In this document: positions 40,101 to 55,100 of the stretch, one piece after another | Position numbering within the stretch: the first letter of the stretch is position 1 | Layout: each line of letters begins with the position of its first letter | Assembly: GCA_002633005.1 (NCBI GenBank) | Contig: NMRA01000044.1 | Coordinates: forward strand, 1,097,207 to 1,161,206 | DNA length: 64,000 nucleotides | From: Phoronis australis | Lineage: Eukaryota; Animalia; Phoronida | Direction of reading: 5' to 3' | Program-made: the position numbers and the translations under genes | Notes under the pieces: generated by a model | Databases searched by the model: none | The model's input: the letters and a program-made list of their open reading frames with translations, nothing else | What the model was told of the DNA's origin: nothing

Positions 40101-43100
40101 ATTGAGAAATTAATGACAACTTGCACAGATTTCTTATTTTCATTTGGTGCCAAATACAAGGCATGCAAAACAATCCCAAAAGAGTCCCTATGGAGTGGGT
40201 TCTTTCCTGGTGGGAGCTCTTTCGGAAATCCTCGATAACAAATTAGCAATCACGTTACATCTAAGAGAAAACCTGAAACAGAATACCTGTAGAAATGGGA
40301 AGACAGCCTCTATGAAGTAAAAGGCACTAGACATGGCCACGTGTTCAGCATTGCCATCGTCAGCCACGAAGCTCTTTCCCGGTGCTTTGCGCAGCACCTG
40401 CAGAGACTTGGCCTCGTTTTCCCGCAGGTAATCCCGCAGGTCGTCCGCCTGTTCCACAAGACCCTCCATGAAGCGCCATATGTACCTGGGAGCGAAGAAG
40501 AACTTACCATAACTAATAAATTACAGCTGTATAACCTGTTACTACAACTGAGGAAATTAACACTTGGCTGCGATTCTCAAAGAGTAGCATAATTGAATAA
40601 GACTAAATTTGGATTTGGGTAATAAGTTAATCATACCCATTAAAACTTGATGCCTACTAAATTTCTCTACATGCATAAGTCCTATATGCAATTTTGCTAT
40701 GGTCCATTCACACTGGTGGCATCGTTTTGAGCTGACGGCGCACTTTCTGACCATGTCGCCTGAGGGGACCGTAGTGCCACCATTATATGCTCTATCCCAG
40801 TCGAATCCATGTCAATAGTGCAAGCTGTGCTCTTACAATGATCCATGCAGATAGATGTTGCACATTCTATCCCAAGTAGACAGCTAAAAAAAAAAATAAT
40901 GCACGTGACATGATGCCTTTTGTGGTACATCAGGCATTTAAGCCGCAGCAAGACCGGGCCCATTACCCCAAGTAGACAGTTGGTCCATCTTCTACGCTTA
41001 GCTATAAGTGTAGGTCACACCTACTTGTCGTGTGGTAGGTCGCCAGCACCACTCTCCACCATTGTGCCGGCCGTCCTCATGTAGACCCAGACCAGGTAAC
41101 GTACAAACGGCTTCTTCAGATTGTTGTCAATGTGCGGGTGGTTCAAAATGGTGATGATCTCGTCGATGGGTAGGATGGTTTGACACAGCGACTCGATGTA
41201 GCGATTCTCACCCTGTTCACGTGAACAACAGTTGATTAAATTCACACTTTACACTGAATCAACTCGATGCATGCATATTGCAGCAGCTACTCAATGTATG
41301 AATTCTCACCTAGCTNNNNNNNNNNNNNNNNNNNNNNNNNNNNNNNNNNNNNNNNNNNNNNNNNNNNNNNNNNNNNNNNNNNNNNNNNNNNNNNNNNNNN
41401 NNNNNNNNNNNNNNNNNNNNNNNNNNNNNNNNNNNNNNNNNNNNNNNNNNNNNNNNNNNNNNNNNNNNNNNNNNNNNNNNNNNNNNNNNNNNNNNNNNNN
41501 NNNNNNNNNNNNNNNNNNNNNNNNNNNNNNNNNNNNNNNNNNNNNNNNNNNNNNNNNNNNNNNNNNNNNNNNNNNNNNNNNNNNNNNNNNNNNNNNNNNN
41601 NNNNNNNNNNNNNNNNNNNNNNNNNNNNNNNNNNNNNNNNNNNNNNNNNNNNNNNNNNNNNNNNNNNNNNNNNNNNNNNNNNNNNNNNNNNNNNNNNNNN
41701 NNNNNNNNNNNNNNNNNNNNNNNNNNNNNNNNNNNNNNNNNNNNNNNNNNNNNNNNNNNNNNNNNNNNNNNNNNNNNNNNNNNNNNNNNNNNNNNNNNNN
41801 NNNNNNNNNNNNNNNNNNNNNNNNNNNNNNNNNNNNNNNNNNNNNNNNNNNNNNNNNNNNNNNNNNNNNNNNNNNNNNNNNNNNNNNNNNNNNNNNNNNN
41901 NNNNNNNNNNNNNNNNNNNNNNNNNNNNNNNNNNNNNNNNNNNNNNNNNNNNNNNNNNNNNNNNNNNNNNNNNNNNNNNNNNNNNNNNNNNNNNNNNNNN
42001 NNNNNNNNNNNNNNNATATTCTCAACTCACAATCACTACTAATCATAAAGTATTTCTGAAGAAAAAATTAATGCAATCTCTATTCTAGTCAAAAACCACA
42101 GCAAAATCTTTTAAATTAACTTTGAAATGATTTTTCATTTCGTTCTTCAGGCTTTTCGCCACAACTTAACTGAAGCTCCACAAATAATGACAAAATTTGT
42201 TAACCTTCTTTTAAAACTGAATGCGCAACAATCCCACGTACTAAAATCTTAACTGCAAGTTAATAATCAGTAATAAAAATGATAACGACTATTCAAAACA
42301 AAGGTTTGTGAATTACAGAAACCTAAAACCACAACACCGTTTTGTGTACAGGCATCTTCTTCCAGGTCATATTTACTACTGTGTGAGCAAACAAAGCCCT
42401 GAAAACAATGTGATTATAAAAATACAAGAGTAAAGGAACAAACTAATTGCGCAAATAAGTAATTATTACACAATAAGGCACCCTGTCCCCGGGTGGGAAT
42501 ATCTTGAGCGGGTCAAGAATACCAAAAGCATAACAACGACCTGGTAATTGTTTCCAGCAAAACAATATTTACAAAAGTTGGACAAATAAAAAAACAGGTT
42601 CGCAACTCCTATATCGTCATATGACTTCCAGGCACATTGAACTCAACGTCCTCAGAGGGGGTAATGTAACACCTACATGCTGAAACGTTTGTGGATCCAG
42701 GAGGCATAACGCGAGTGAGTAGTGACATTTTTCCCATCATGCAACAGGTCTCATGCGTTAATACAGTGAGTCAGTGTTCGCCCACAAGACAACATAACAC
42801 TAGGGTCCAGTAGATCCAGCTTCCAAAAACACTGGGGTCCATTTCTCAGTTCCTTAAGGACTTGGAACAGGCCACAAATGATTACGCTAGTGTAGAAAGA
42901 CGCAGTGTACAATACAAACCAAAAGTATCCAAACAAAATGACCCCTAATTCTCAGTCGTGATGGTTGGATGGAATATCAATTCATCGTCTCGTGACCAAG
43001 AATAAAGGGAAATAACAGGTAAGATAGTTAGGTGGCCAAGCTATTTCATAATCAGAATTTTGATACCATAATAGTTATTACCAGTAATTAGTAATTTTTG

Positions 43101-46100
43101 ATGTTAAGAGAATTAGTGGTCGTGTCAGGAACGCGGTATTTTGTCAGATTTAGTTTTATCTTGTACTGTGTGTTGGAAAGAACGTGAATGCTGCGTGCTT
43201 CTAATGACGGAAAATATATAGGAAGATTATCACGACATGAAATGGAAGTTTTCAATTCCTTAAGTTTTATTTCTTACAAATTCCCAAAAATGCGTTCAAG
43301 GTGACGCAACAATAAACTAAATATGAGCCTTATTTAACTCAACTGTCAATTGCAACGCAGCCTCGGGTGAACTCTGAGAGATGGTCCACATTCTTTGACA
43401 GCCCATGCTGGGAGCAGACAATATGTTGGAAACAATGAGAAAATTCAAATAACTGCTCAGCTGAAAATTTAATAATTTTTCATTTTTAAAATATACGTCT
43501 AGTGTCAAATAAAATAAGACAGAATCTTGGCCAGGCATCACTCCAATCACCAACAGCTGTTGTGTATTCTTGTTCACAGATGGCGACTGACAAGTAGGAA
43601 GAGGTGTTATTTGATTATCAGCACTGACCCCGCTGGTAAAAACAAATAGACATTATAGGAACTGACATGATGTGAATTGTCGGCGTGTACCGATTTGACG
43701 AAACTTGAAAAACAAAAATGAAATCAAAAAGATGGTAAAACATGCTTCTAAACCAACATAGACGTGACAAACTTTAAAAAGGTAGACTTAAGGTTTCATT
43801 GTTTACGGATGTATTCTGAGGACAGAATGTGGGAGAATATTTAATATCAAAGCTTCAAGGACTTTCACACGACTGTATTCTATTTAGTAACAACAACAAC
43901 AACAGCCCGTGTTGTAAGAAGGGAAGACAAAGAAACCCTGGTCAGGAAACACAGAAAGCTGCAAAAGAAGTCATAAAAAGTCATTCTCTCTTCCTTACCC
44001 GTAAGACAGCTGAGTCAGCGAAATACTTAAGAAAATGGAACAATTGTTTATTAAAACCAGGAATGCTGTGGTAAGATGCTTCCTATCAAATCCATCATTA
44101 TTTTACAATTTAAAAGTAAATCAACCAAAAACTTTTAAGACATGAACTAAATGAAGTTTTTGTATTTTATTACTAGGTAACCGAACACAACATCAAAGAC
44201 TGGTACGAATACAACATGTATCTCCGATCAAACATATTCAAAAAGTGTAAAAACTCAATGACTGTTTAATTATCTTTTAATCTGAAATTGTCATTGAACC
44301 ATAGACGCGAAATGAAATGCAACAATGCTCTTTGGTAAATTCAATGGCATTTCTACTCACACTACAGCATTCCTGCACCTTCAACCACCTTGTTCATATT
44401 AAGTGGTCATTCATTTCAAGGAGCTACAAACCTCCACTTGTGACTGTAAGGACTCTTACTGTGATTATAAAACTGATGTCAACTTGTTTGTATGATTTTA
44501 CACTCAAATATGCTCACTGCCTCAATCATCAAAAAGAGACAGCACGTTCCCTCACTGAACAAAGTCAGCGATGTCTCGAACAGAGCCACAGTAGGCAACA
44601 AACACTAGAACATACTGCGTTGATGATGTCACACCCATTGCTGCTGTCCTTTTGTTAGTAGTGATGGCCCACTACAGTAGATCTACTATTAAGCTAACAG
44701 GTACCAAGGTTGGATATTTTGATTGAAATGAGTTTATTTTTGATTTTATTAACTTGACAGATATCCTACAACAGGGACTGATCCTTAAATAACAAAATAA
44801 GAGACTCACGCTAGCTGCTGGACCAGTTTGGAGGCCAGCTGGTACCTCTTGGCAACATCTTTCTCTGGCCTGATGAAGCACTTGACATGGTTCTGAAACT
44901 CCTCCCCCAGGGGCAGGGCTTCATCACCGTCTACGTCCACATATTCTACAATAATAATAATAATAATAAAAATAATGATAATAATAATAGTAATAATGAT
45001 AATAACAATAACACTAATAACAATAAAACTGATAACAAATATCAACGATGAAATAATGCTAACAGGCAATTATTAACTTTTCAAATAACAATAAATTCTA
45101 GATTTCTTTTATCGAGAACATAACAATTGAATACTTTTTCTTTTGTTAATTTTTAACTTGTTTTGACTATAACAAATATCTTGTCGGATTTACCTGCATT
45201 GCTAACATGATCATTGGTCGGGGGTCGAATGTATTCAAAACTTGACTTGAAAATTGAGCAATTGCATGGCACGCTCACGAATTTGTACTCAAATCTTGGA
45301 GTGGGATTGGTTGAATTTTGAGACTGAGAAGAGTCTTTGCTCAGAGATTAGACACCTGGCCTTGAATCAAGATGATTTATAAAGAACAACTTGCTTTGCG
45401 TAGCAATTTTAGTTCAAATCATTTCACCGCAAACTGCGTGACTGAGAGTAGATTGTGGCAGGAAACCCCCCCCCCCTCCAACGCTAACAAACCTACCTCT
45501 CTTGGACTTGAACTTAAGCTGTGCAGTTACTTTGTTCTGTCCCCCGTAGACGAGGCTGCTGTTAATGGCGAATGATTTGAACTTGCTGTTGAGACCCACT
45601 TCATCCTTGTAATAAACGGTGTAGGTTTGCACCGCCTCCTGGGCAGGGTCCTTCAGGTTACGGCCCGACCCATACTGCTCGATGAAGTTCTCCATCAACT
45701 GAGAGTACATATCAAGAAGGCACATTATGTCGACAGTTTTTCAAATTTTGTCAGTTCTGTATCAAATCAAAGTAACTTCGTGTGTAATTCAAACGCTATT
45801 GAACACTACATAATAGTTGCACTTGTTCGTCTTTGCCCGTTCCACGATCAGCTGAGACACGGGATTGGTAAGCTGGAATTAAGGCATCATAGAGAATCAA
45901 TCAAATGTCAGAGCCTCTTGACCCAGTGGAGTCAATCACATACAGCCACTGTATACCAGTCCTAAAGCTGTTTTTAATAACAACAATGACTGAAGAGTCA
46001 AAACATTTTTTTAAAAATATCAATATTCAGGCAAATGGATCAGGGTCATGTCTGGTGTTTAAGATTCATGTCTGACTAACTATACGTTTCAGAAGTAACC

Positions 46101-49100
46101 TCAGATGCTAAGCTTCTATGACCACCTTGAGCCAGTCTTCGGAACCTTTTTTGTTGTAAAACTGGTCTCATCAGCTAGGTTCCTTAAACTGAGGCTTGCG
46201 TTTTCTAGACTGACAGTTCAATAAATGGTTGAGACTGTTTTATACATAAAAAAGGCAAGGCGAGCTAACTGAGATGCTATTTTTATTTCAATTGAAACAA
46301 AAGCAATACATTCAACACAGAACAGTAAAACCTAAAATAACGCTGCTTACTGCTTTGACGGCCGATCCTCGGTAATGTTGCTTGTTCCTATCAAAGACAA
46401 CTGTGTCAGACTTGGGTAGTGAAGATGATGATAGAACAGTAGGGACACAGGCAATGATGTGCTTCAGGTGAGAAGCATTGGACAGACTTGGCCCCAGGGC
46501 CTCACCCAGTAGCTGCAAAGGAATACGGGACAAGCAGGATGGTGATTCGAAACAATCAGAACACATGACAGAGGTCATTTCGCGTAAAGAACCGCTAAAT
46601 TGAGCGGTGGATATATTGAGCTTATTAAACAAAGTGAAACTTATCAATATCTGATGGAACTATGTTAAAAATCACAAATTTAAGTTTCTTTTGAAACGGT
46701 AAAGTCAATACAGGGGCTGATCTACAAAGACAGAGAAGACACATAACAATTATTTGCATTACTTTTGGCAGAGTTTTTCCTTTCTGCCAGCAAAATGACA
46801 AAGTTGTAGAAGATCTATAAACTTTTGACAGTATATTTACAAGTATAAATTTATTGTACATTGACCTTGTTGGATTGAATAATTCCAACTTCATTAGCCA
46901 GGTCCTGAAAAACCACAGTGCCGCTCTCATTCAGTGGTATTTACCCACAATGCAGTACTTAAATATTCCACTATAAATGTTCACTGCAGTGTCCACTGTA
47001 CTTATTACTTTTTTACACCAAAATAATTGAGTGACAGCAGGTGACAGCAAACCTAAAAGCAGGTAAAATAACTGCTGCATCACATGCTAACTCGATGTAA
47101 GATTAAAAAATGCTAAAAAGTAGTATAGACAAAAGCAGCTCACAAAACAAAATTCGTTTCAAATGACATATTAAAATAGAGTGTTAGTAATACCACAAGA
47201 GACAGTGCCAATTTATCCACAAGGCTTGCTTCATCAGGGTATTCAGCAGCATCAGGCCAATAGAACTTGTTGAAAAACGTCTGAAAAATAACAAAAGCAA
47301 GCACAATGAATTACAACCCAGGACCCCACCTGTGAGCAGAGCGAATAATTTTTATGCAAATGCAAAAATGCAGCTGAAATTTAAGAGCAACAGAACTGTC
47401 TTTTGTCGGAAGTCAACGAATTAGTGCACATCTAGTACTGTATACTAAATTTGTAACTGAAATTTACGCTACTGAGGCCCTCCAATTGTACACCCATGGG
47501 CCACTTGTCAGAACATTTTTCACATATCCATGTAGACCCACGCACCTACTTTTGGAGTCACAATAATAACTCAAGGTTTGAAGGGTTTCTCAAAATTAAT
47601 TCATAAGTCTACGACCCCTTCCTTAACAATTAACTTCCCAACTTTAAATGCTTTAACATCCCTTTTAAGGAGACAATTGAGAAATTAATGACAACTTCCA
47701 CAGATTTCATATTTTCATTTGGTGCCAAACACAAGGCATGCAAAACAATCCCAAAAGAGTCCCTATGGAGTGGATTCTTTCCTGGTGGGAGTTCTTTTGG
47801 AAATCCTCGATAACAAATTAGCAATCACGTTATATCTAAGAGAAAACCTGAAACAGAATACCTGTAGAAATGGGAAGACAGCCTCTATGAAGTAAAAGGC
47901 ACTAGACATGGCCACGTGTTCAGCATTGCCATCGTCAGGCACGAAGCTCTTTCCCGGTGCTTTGCGCAGCACCTGCAGAGACTTGGCCTCGTTTTCCCGC
48001 AGGTAATCCCGCAGGTCGTCCGCCTGTTCCACAAGACCCTCCATGAAGCGCCATATGTACCTGGGAGCGAAGAAGAACTTATCATAACTAATAAATTACA
48101 GCTGTACAACCTGCTACTACAACTGAGGAAATTAACACATTACTTGGCTGCGATTCTCAAAGAGTAGCATAATTGAATAAGACTAAATTTGGATTTGGGT
48201 AATAAGCTAATCATACCCATTAAAACTTGATGCCTACTAAATTTCTTTACATGCATAAGTCCTATATGTGATTTTGCTATGGTCCGTTCACACTGGTGGC
48301 ATCGTTTTGAGCCGACGGCGCACTTTCTGACCATGTCCCATGACGGGACCGTAGTGCCACCATTACATGCTCTATCCCAGTCGAATTCATGTCAATAGTG
48401 AAAGCTATACTACTACAATGATCCATGCAGATAGATGTTGCACATCTTATCCCAAGTAGACAGCTAAAAAAAATAATGCACGTGGCATGATGCCTTTTGT
48501 GGTACATCAGGCATTTAAGCCGCAGCAAGACCGGGCCCATTACCCCAAGTGGACAGTTGGTCCATCTCCAACGCTTAGCTATAAGCGTAGGTCACACCTA
48601 CTTGTCATGTGGTAGGTCGCCAGCACCACTCTCCACCATTGTGCCTGCTGTCCTCATGTAGACCCAGACCAGGTAACGTACAAACGGCTTCTTCAGATTG
48701 TTGTCAATGTGCGGGTGGTTCAAAATGGTGATGATCTCGTCGATGGGTAGGATGGTTTGACACAGCGACTCGATGTAACGATTCTCACCCTGTTCACGTG
48801 AACAACAGTTGATTAAATTCACGCTTTACACTGAATCAACTCGATGCATGCATATTGCAGCAGCTACTCAATGTATGAATTCTCACCTAGCTTGCACACA
48901 GTACAGTATGTATAGAGATGCTACAGTGATTGCGTTCACAACCAGTGTAGCTATTACATTGAGACACATGTCTGCTTCCCTAGTGACCCTTGATTGGCTT
49001 AGTTTTTGTCAGAAGAAATAATTAGTTCAGAAACAAGACAAATACCAAACATTCGATATACAACTCTTTGGCACCTTGAGAGTACAAAAGCATCTTTCGG

Positions 49101-52100
49101 TTGAACCAATTTGTACTTGTGGACTCGCCGTATATTCTGTCTACTCGAAATTGAACTCAAAATTGTTTTTGATACTTTCCATTCTACTTTGTACCTATTC
49201 TTCGCTTGGTTACATCATTGTCTACACGGATGGCTATCGAGTCCTGGCTTGCACTTGATGACCCCAGCATTAACACTAAAGTTCAGAGCCTGAACTCAAA
49301 ATTTAGAGCTTGAAACTCCAATTTAAGGGTCATCGAATGTGAAACTTGGACAATTCTAGCAGCAAAAAATAGACACTTTTTCATTATCGATGGTTTGCAC
49401 AGAACAAAAATTGTCAAAAATAGTTTAATTGAGTTTGTATTTGGAGTTCAAAAATACAAAACCCGGGTCCTGATGTGTAGGATGGGCCATATTAACAGGG
49501 ACGAAATGCAATTCCATTCATTCAAGGACATTTTGAGAAATTTTCTTGATAATTGTACTGTGTTGAAGGCGGTGCACACAGAAACACAGTCTTGATGTGT
49601 TATATATTAATCTCAGTTTTGTTTACACAAATATGGATGGAGATGGTACTGTAGTCTTTGAAAAGTGACAACAAACTCTATGAGAGCAACAGCTGTTCAG
49701 TTGTTTCCCGTTATTTCACTTGTCTTCAGCTCTAGTGCTGCAGTTTGAATATTACCCATACCTCTGCACACACAGCCAAAAGGTCGACAACACGGATAAG
49801 ATAATCCAAGTGAGGGTTGGGCTGTTTCTCTGTCAACAAGGCGATTCTGAAAATATTCCAAGAAATATCTTACTACGGCCACAACATCATGGCATAAGAA
49901 TTTCACCACATGGCCGGCCTAACCCAGGTGCTTTCATTATGTAAATCACTTTGTCGAGTATAAAGTAATGCAAGAGGAATCCAGAACTGGTAAAAATTAA
50001 TCATTGCATGGTGATCACGGATGGAGTTTGCTAATGCGAACACAATAGCTCAATGAATTCAGTCCAGCTGTTTGGGCTCTTTGGTCACCTATGTAACCCT
50101 TGACAACACCTCATTATATCATAAACCTAATCTGCCTGCTGACCTTTGGCATCTCATAAAGCCAGCTGGCTCTCTATTGTGTTGTCATGGAATGGGATAA
50201 TTGAACCTTGTGCTTCAGTTCACAAGTTTGGGTTTTGACTTGAATTTTCACCTGTATTAGGTCTGTCACGTAGAGAAACACAATTACCTAGCTGGTCCCT
50301 AGCCATCAAAACCACTACGGCAATAAACTTAGCAAGTTTCCATACGACTCAACAACCAATATGAGTCCAAAAATTACATTTCATTCCAACACTACAGGGC
50401 TAAGAATGACAGCCTCTATCAGCCCACATCTCACCACCACTATGTCATCCTTCCATCTCACCTCTCATCCATTGGCATGTTGAATACATAGACAGCACGG
50501 TGGTAATTCTGCATCAGGTATTTCATAGCCAGACCCTGGTTCCTCTTCAGTGCAAGGTCAAGGCCAGACACCTTTACAATGGAGTTGAGCAGGTCCAGCA
50601 CCTCAGGAGCGCTGTGCTGGTTCTCGGCAGCCATGTTGACCACCTTGAGCACCTGATATGGCTGGATCTTGAGACAGTTGTTCTGGTTACCCTGGAAAGC
50701 CTGCAAAAAGGGAGAACCGGAGGTTAATAACATCCTTTAGAGCAAGGAGGTTGTTGGAAGTCTCTGGGTGACAGGGTACTCACTAGATGGCACTAATGAA
50801 TGTATCCTCCTCTTGACATCTGAATAGATTGAGGGCAGAATGTGCTTCATCTGCACAAGCGTGTCCGCATGACAAATATCCCTTCCTTACTTTGATTCCC
50901 ATAAATCTCAGCAGCCAAACCGTGCATAAAACTTTCATTTCCAGATACTTTTTTAAATGCATCACCCAGTTTCGCGCTCTAGCTTGGGCGTTCTAGAAAA
51001 GCATACCTCTCTAAGCGCAAGGGCAAGTTCAGACTCCACGGTCTTGATCTCCATCAGCTGGTCGAACCGTTCATAGACCTTGTCCTGTACCTCAGGGTTA
51101 TCCCGCGTCAGATAGCGGAGTAACTGCAGGGCCTTGGTCCATACTTGCCAGATCACTGAGTATTCATCCTGGAACAGAACGCTTTTGGTAATCCATTATG
51201 TATAAAACTATCACTGAAATTTGTTTAAAGCTCCTTAAAAAAACCCTTCATCAAAACGATGATTTGATTCAGACCAATTAGTGTATGAAATTAGTTTTGT
51301 TGTTAATCAACTCAAATTAGAGGTAGTTTAAGGGCTTGGAAAGAAGTTTGCACTGCTCAGGGACCAGTCTCCACACTTGTCATGGCGGACATAGTACAGG
51401 TAAAAATTCAAGCCAAAAACCCAATAAAATTTGTGAACTGAAGCACAGTCAAGTTAAATTACCCCATTCCCTGCTGCCAACACAATAGAGAGCTAGCTGG
51501 CTGGTCACTGTCAACAGGCACATAGTTTTACGATATACTGTGGGGTCATAAAGGTTTACATAGGTGACTAAGCAGCCCAAACAGCTGGACTGAATATAAT
51601 AGGGCATTGTGTTCACTTTCAGAAGATCATCATCAAACACTCAAATTTTACCTGTACTGGGTTCCTCATATTTATTCATTTCATTCATCAAGCACGGTCA
51701 TATAGAATTACTTAACTGACAGTTCTTTCCAAACCTAAAAACCCTTTATAAGGTGAGACCATGCAGTTTTATAGTCATAGTAATTGGCCTAAAAAATATT
51801 TCTTTTATGGAATGTGGTTCAAAAACAACTTGAAATAATTTAAAAGCAGCCAGGCAGAGTTTCATCCATGTCTCAGTATCAAAATTTTACGAAAAATCAA
51901 TTATTACTAACTCGATTTTGGTATATTTTTTGAAGACATGCTGGTGAATCGTAACGTGCACTCAGAACAAAATCAACCAATGATCTGGGGGTAAGGTATA
52001 GAATGAGCAAACAAATGTCAACAGGTTGAGACATGACGACGTTGTATGGAAAAACAAAAGAAAAATATATTAATAAGCTATTCATGAGGAGATGAAAAAT

Positions 52101-55100
52101 TGGAAAAAAAGGTCAGAAAAATGATGCACAAGCTGTTAGGGCACATTTTAGGGCAAGACTCAAATGATAATCAAGTCTCATAATAAAAATTGAACAAAAT
52201 TAAGTGAAATTTTCAAGACTAAAAATATTAAGAGAAGCCACTTACAGTGAGACCCGTGTCTATTTCCTCAGACAGCATGTCAAACAAGATGTCCAAAATG
52301 CCTGAAATAGAAATTTTCAAAGCTGTCAGTCATAATGAGAAATTAGCGACCCCAAAAAATCCGCTATCAAAAGGCGCAGACACCCTTCCCCTAAGGTGGA
52401 GAAGCTTTTCACACAGTTATGAAAGATTTATGTTCAACATATGACCCGCGATGAACCATAGACAGTACATATAAGTGAAGCTCAGATGCACGGAAAACAT
52501 TTCTTAAAAGTAATCTGAGTAAATCATCATTATACCCAGATAGCAATTCAGAGAACTTCATCTCTGGAGCTGTTGTTGTTTTTCAATTGCAATTGGGACA
52601 ATTGTCAGCTTTTAAACATCCAATGACATCGCAGATAACTTGGTGAAGTGTAACCTGGTTTATAATTGGCGCATTATCTGGTGAGCTTTACCTTCAACGT
52701 AATGATCGCGATGTTGCCCGCATCGCAAATCTTTCACACAAAACAAAAGATTTTTTAATAAATTTCATAAAAATTATGAGGCTCATTTTTACTCCTTTGT
52801 TGTTGTATGATGGCTGCATAGTCGCACACGCACCAAGAAATGCATGTCCCTAGATGTTAACCATCTGACAATCGTCCCACGATGCATTTGAAAATGACAG
52901 CGGCGCCACTCATATAGGAAAATTTACAGTAGATGAAATCTGCCAAATTGAAAACACTTACCGTGATTTATAAGCACGCTCTGGTTGACCGGGTGCCTCA
53001 AGTCGTCTTCAAATCTCTGGTGACAGTATCCCTTGAATGTGTCCAAGATCTTACAGATGATCTCCGCCTGTTCCTCATTGATCTTCAGGTTGGTGAACTG
53101 ACGCAGGATGGGGATGTATCGTTTGACCTCGCTGTTGATCTTGATAGAGTCCTGTGTAGTCAATACCTGTGGCGAACATAACAGGCTCAGAAACAGGTGG
53201 CTGGTTCCCTGCCTAAACACTAGATGGCATGACATCTACATGTTTAGGCAAGTTACAGGTAAATTCCGTTTGATTCTGAATCATTTCTTTTGTATGGTTG
53301 TCCCGTAATAAAACCCGATCTTTAATTTCATTGCCTGAGTCTACTAGGCACATGACAGCAGTTTCTAGGTAGAGTAATAATATATGAAAGGCTATGCAGA
53401 GACATCAGACATTGGTCTTTTGTAAACTTTACAGTAACCTTGGACTCCAGCTAATTGCATTAGATGCACAAAACTGTAAAACATTTCCAAAACTTTAAGA
53501 AGTTTAAGCCTTTGAATAGAGATAATTTTTCTTAATTGTCCAAGTTTCGCACAAGGTGCTTAACTTGGGAGACTCGAAAATCAGGGGGTGGGCGATAAGC
53601 CGAGCATGGGCGTTTGAAAATAAGATTCTTGAGAAGCTGGGTGTGGAGGTTTACCTGAACTGTCAATTTGGGTACATTTACATTGTACCCTCGTGCAAGA
53701 GTCAAAAAAAACATGGCATTAGAGTACGGGTATTTTCTTAATCGAATAAGGCAAGTTTGTTATTCAAAGATGAGTAAACTTTGAGCATATTTGGGGGCAA
53801 ACATTTGCGCCATGAGAGTACGGGTATCTTGCCGTCCGAAGAAGGCAAGGTGCCACTGAAACTCTGTTTGTTATTTAAAGATGCGTAAGTTTTGTACAGG
53901 GTTTGAGAGCTACAATTTGCATGAGGTAGGCTTAAACAAAGACACCGGGACTTTGAAGGAAGACTCAATCGCTTCAATTGGGGTTGAGCATTACTTCAAT
54001 CACAGGCATTTGAAAGTGCAAATTCATAAAATTGTCTGGCTGGGCATTAAGCAGAACACGCGCGTTAACCCAAACAAAAATGGCAACGAAAACTTACCTG
54101 AGCATTCTTTGCAAGGCGAAACAAGTCGGACTTGGAGGAATAAAGCTTGTTAAGTATGGCCAGACACTGTGTTAACATCTTATCGTATTTGTAGTTGGAC
54201 AAGTCCTGTCAAAGGTGGAGTATTTTCTATCAGTCATTACAGTCATTGAACTACCTCTAAGCCAGTGATGAGAAAAATCGGACTCACAAGCTGTGTTAAA
54301 ACACTGCAGAGGGCACTTACCACAGACGCTTCATAGCTGGGACAATTACAGTAAAATGTCACTAATTCAGGACACGCTATGGCAGACAAGTGAATTTTTT
54401 TTCCGTGAAAGGTGTGTGGCAATAAAGTAATGCTTGTACACGTTCAAGATCTGTACCGTAGCTAACATCAGACAATGTTTAGAAAAATTGTGGACATTTA
54501 CACAGAAGCCTTTGAAGAAAAAAAATGACTATTTTCATTGGTAAATTATTATTGAATTTCTTGTTCGAAATTGGTGAGCTTTTACCGTAACAAAGACAGA
54601 AAAAAGACAGAAAATGCCATAGCAGTCATTTTAAAGTGCTGATCCGTAACACCAAATAAATTCTACATCACATTAAAGATCTATATCACAGCTACCGTCA
54701 GAGACATTATGGGCATTCACACCAATGTTAGAAACTTTGAAAATGAAAAAAAAAACAAGTCAACCCATTTTAGCAATTATTTTGTCCAAAACTCATAAGA
54801 TTTTTCCGTAAATTTCCGAGTCATTTTGTCAAGATCCATTTTAAATACAAATATCATAACATAGGGCCTGGACTCCTTGAATTTGCCTATGCATAAGAAT
54901 TACTGCGCCTTAGTCACATCATAACAATTTTGACCAGACGCATAAACTTTATATTAATCTTTGGGAATGAAACTGCGAAATTTTAAATCGGTCATTAACT
55001 GGGCAATCATTCTACAGAGTGCAGTCACCAAGTTCTGACTCACCAGTGCAATAGCAGTCAGCTGGTCAACATTGAAATATGACGATGCATCAAACATGTC

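Larger units (their letters stand above)
34451..48892. repeat. 6.9 kb direct duplication (34451-41315 vs 42016-48892) around an assembly gap; likely uncollapsed haplotypes
   Basis: Collinear copies differing by scattered SNPs and small indels; both duplicate ends abut the N-run. Confidence 0.9.

Noticed and set aside
41232-42088. Long 246-275 aa ORFs
   Set aside because: They only read through the 700-N gap.
53532-53977. Intronic ORFs with an internal near-duplication
   Set aside because: No consistent splice sites and not needed for frame; looks like a degenerate repeat.
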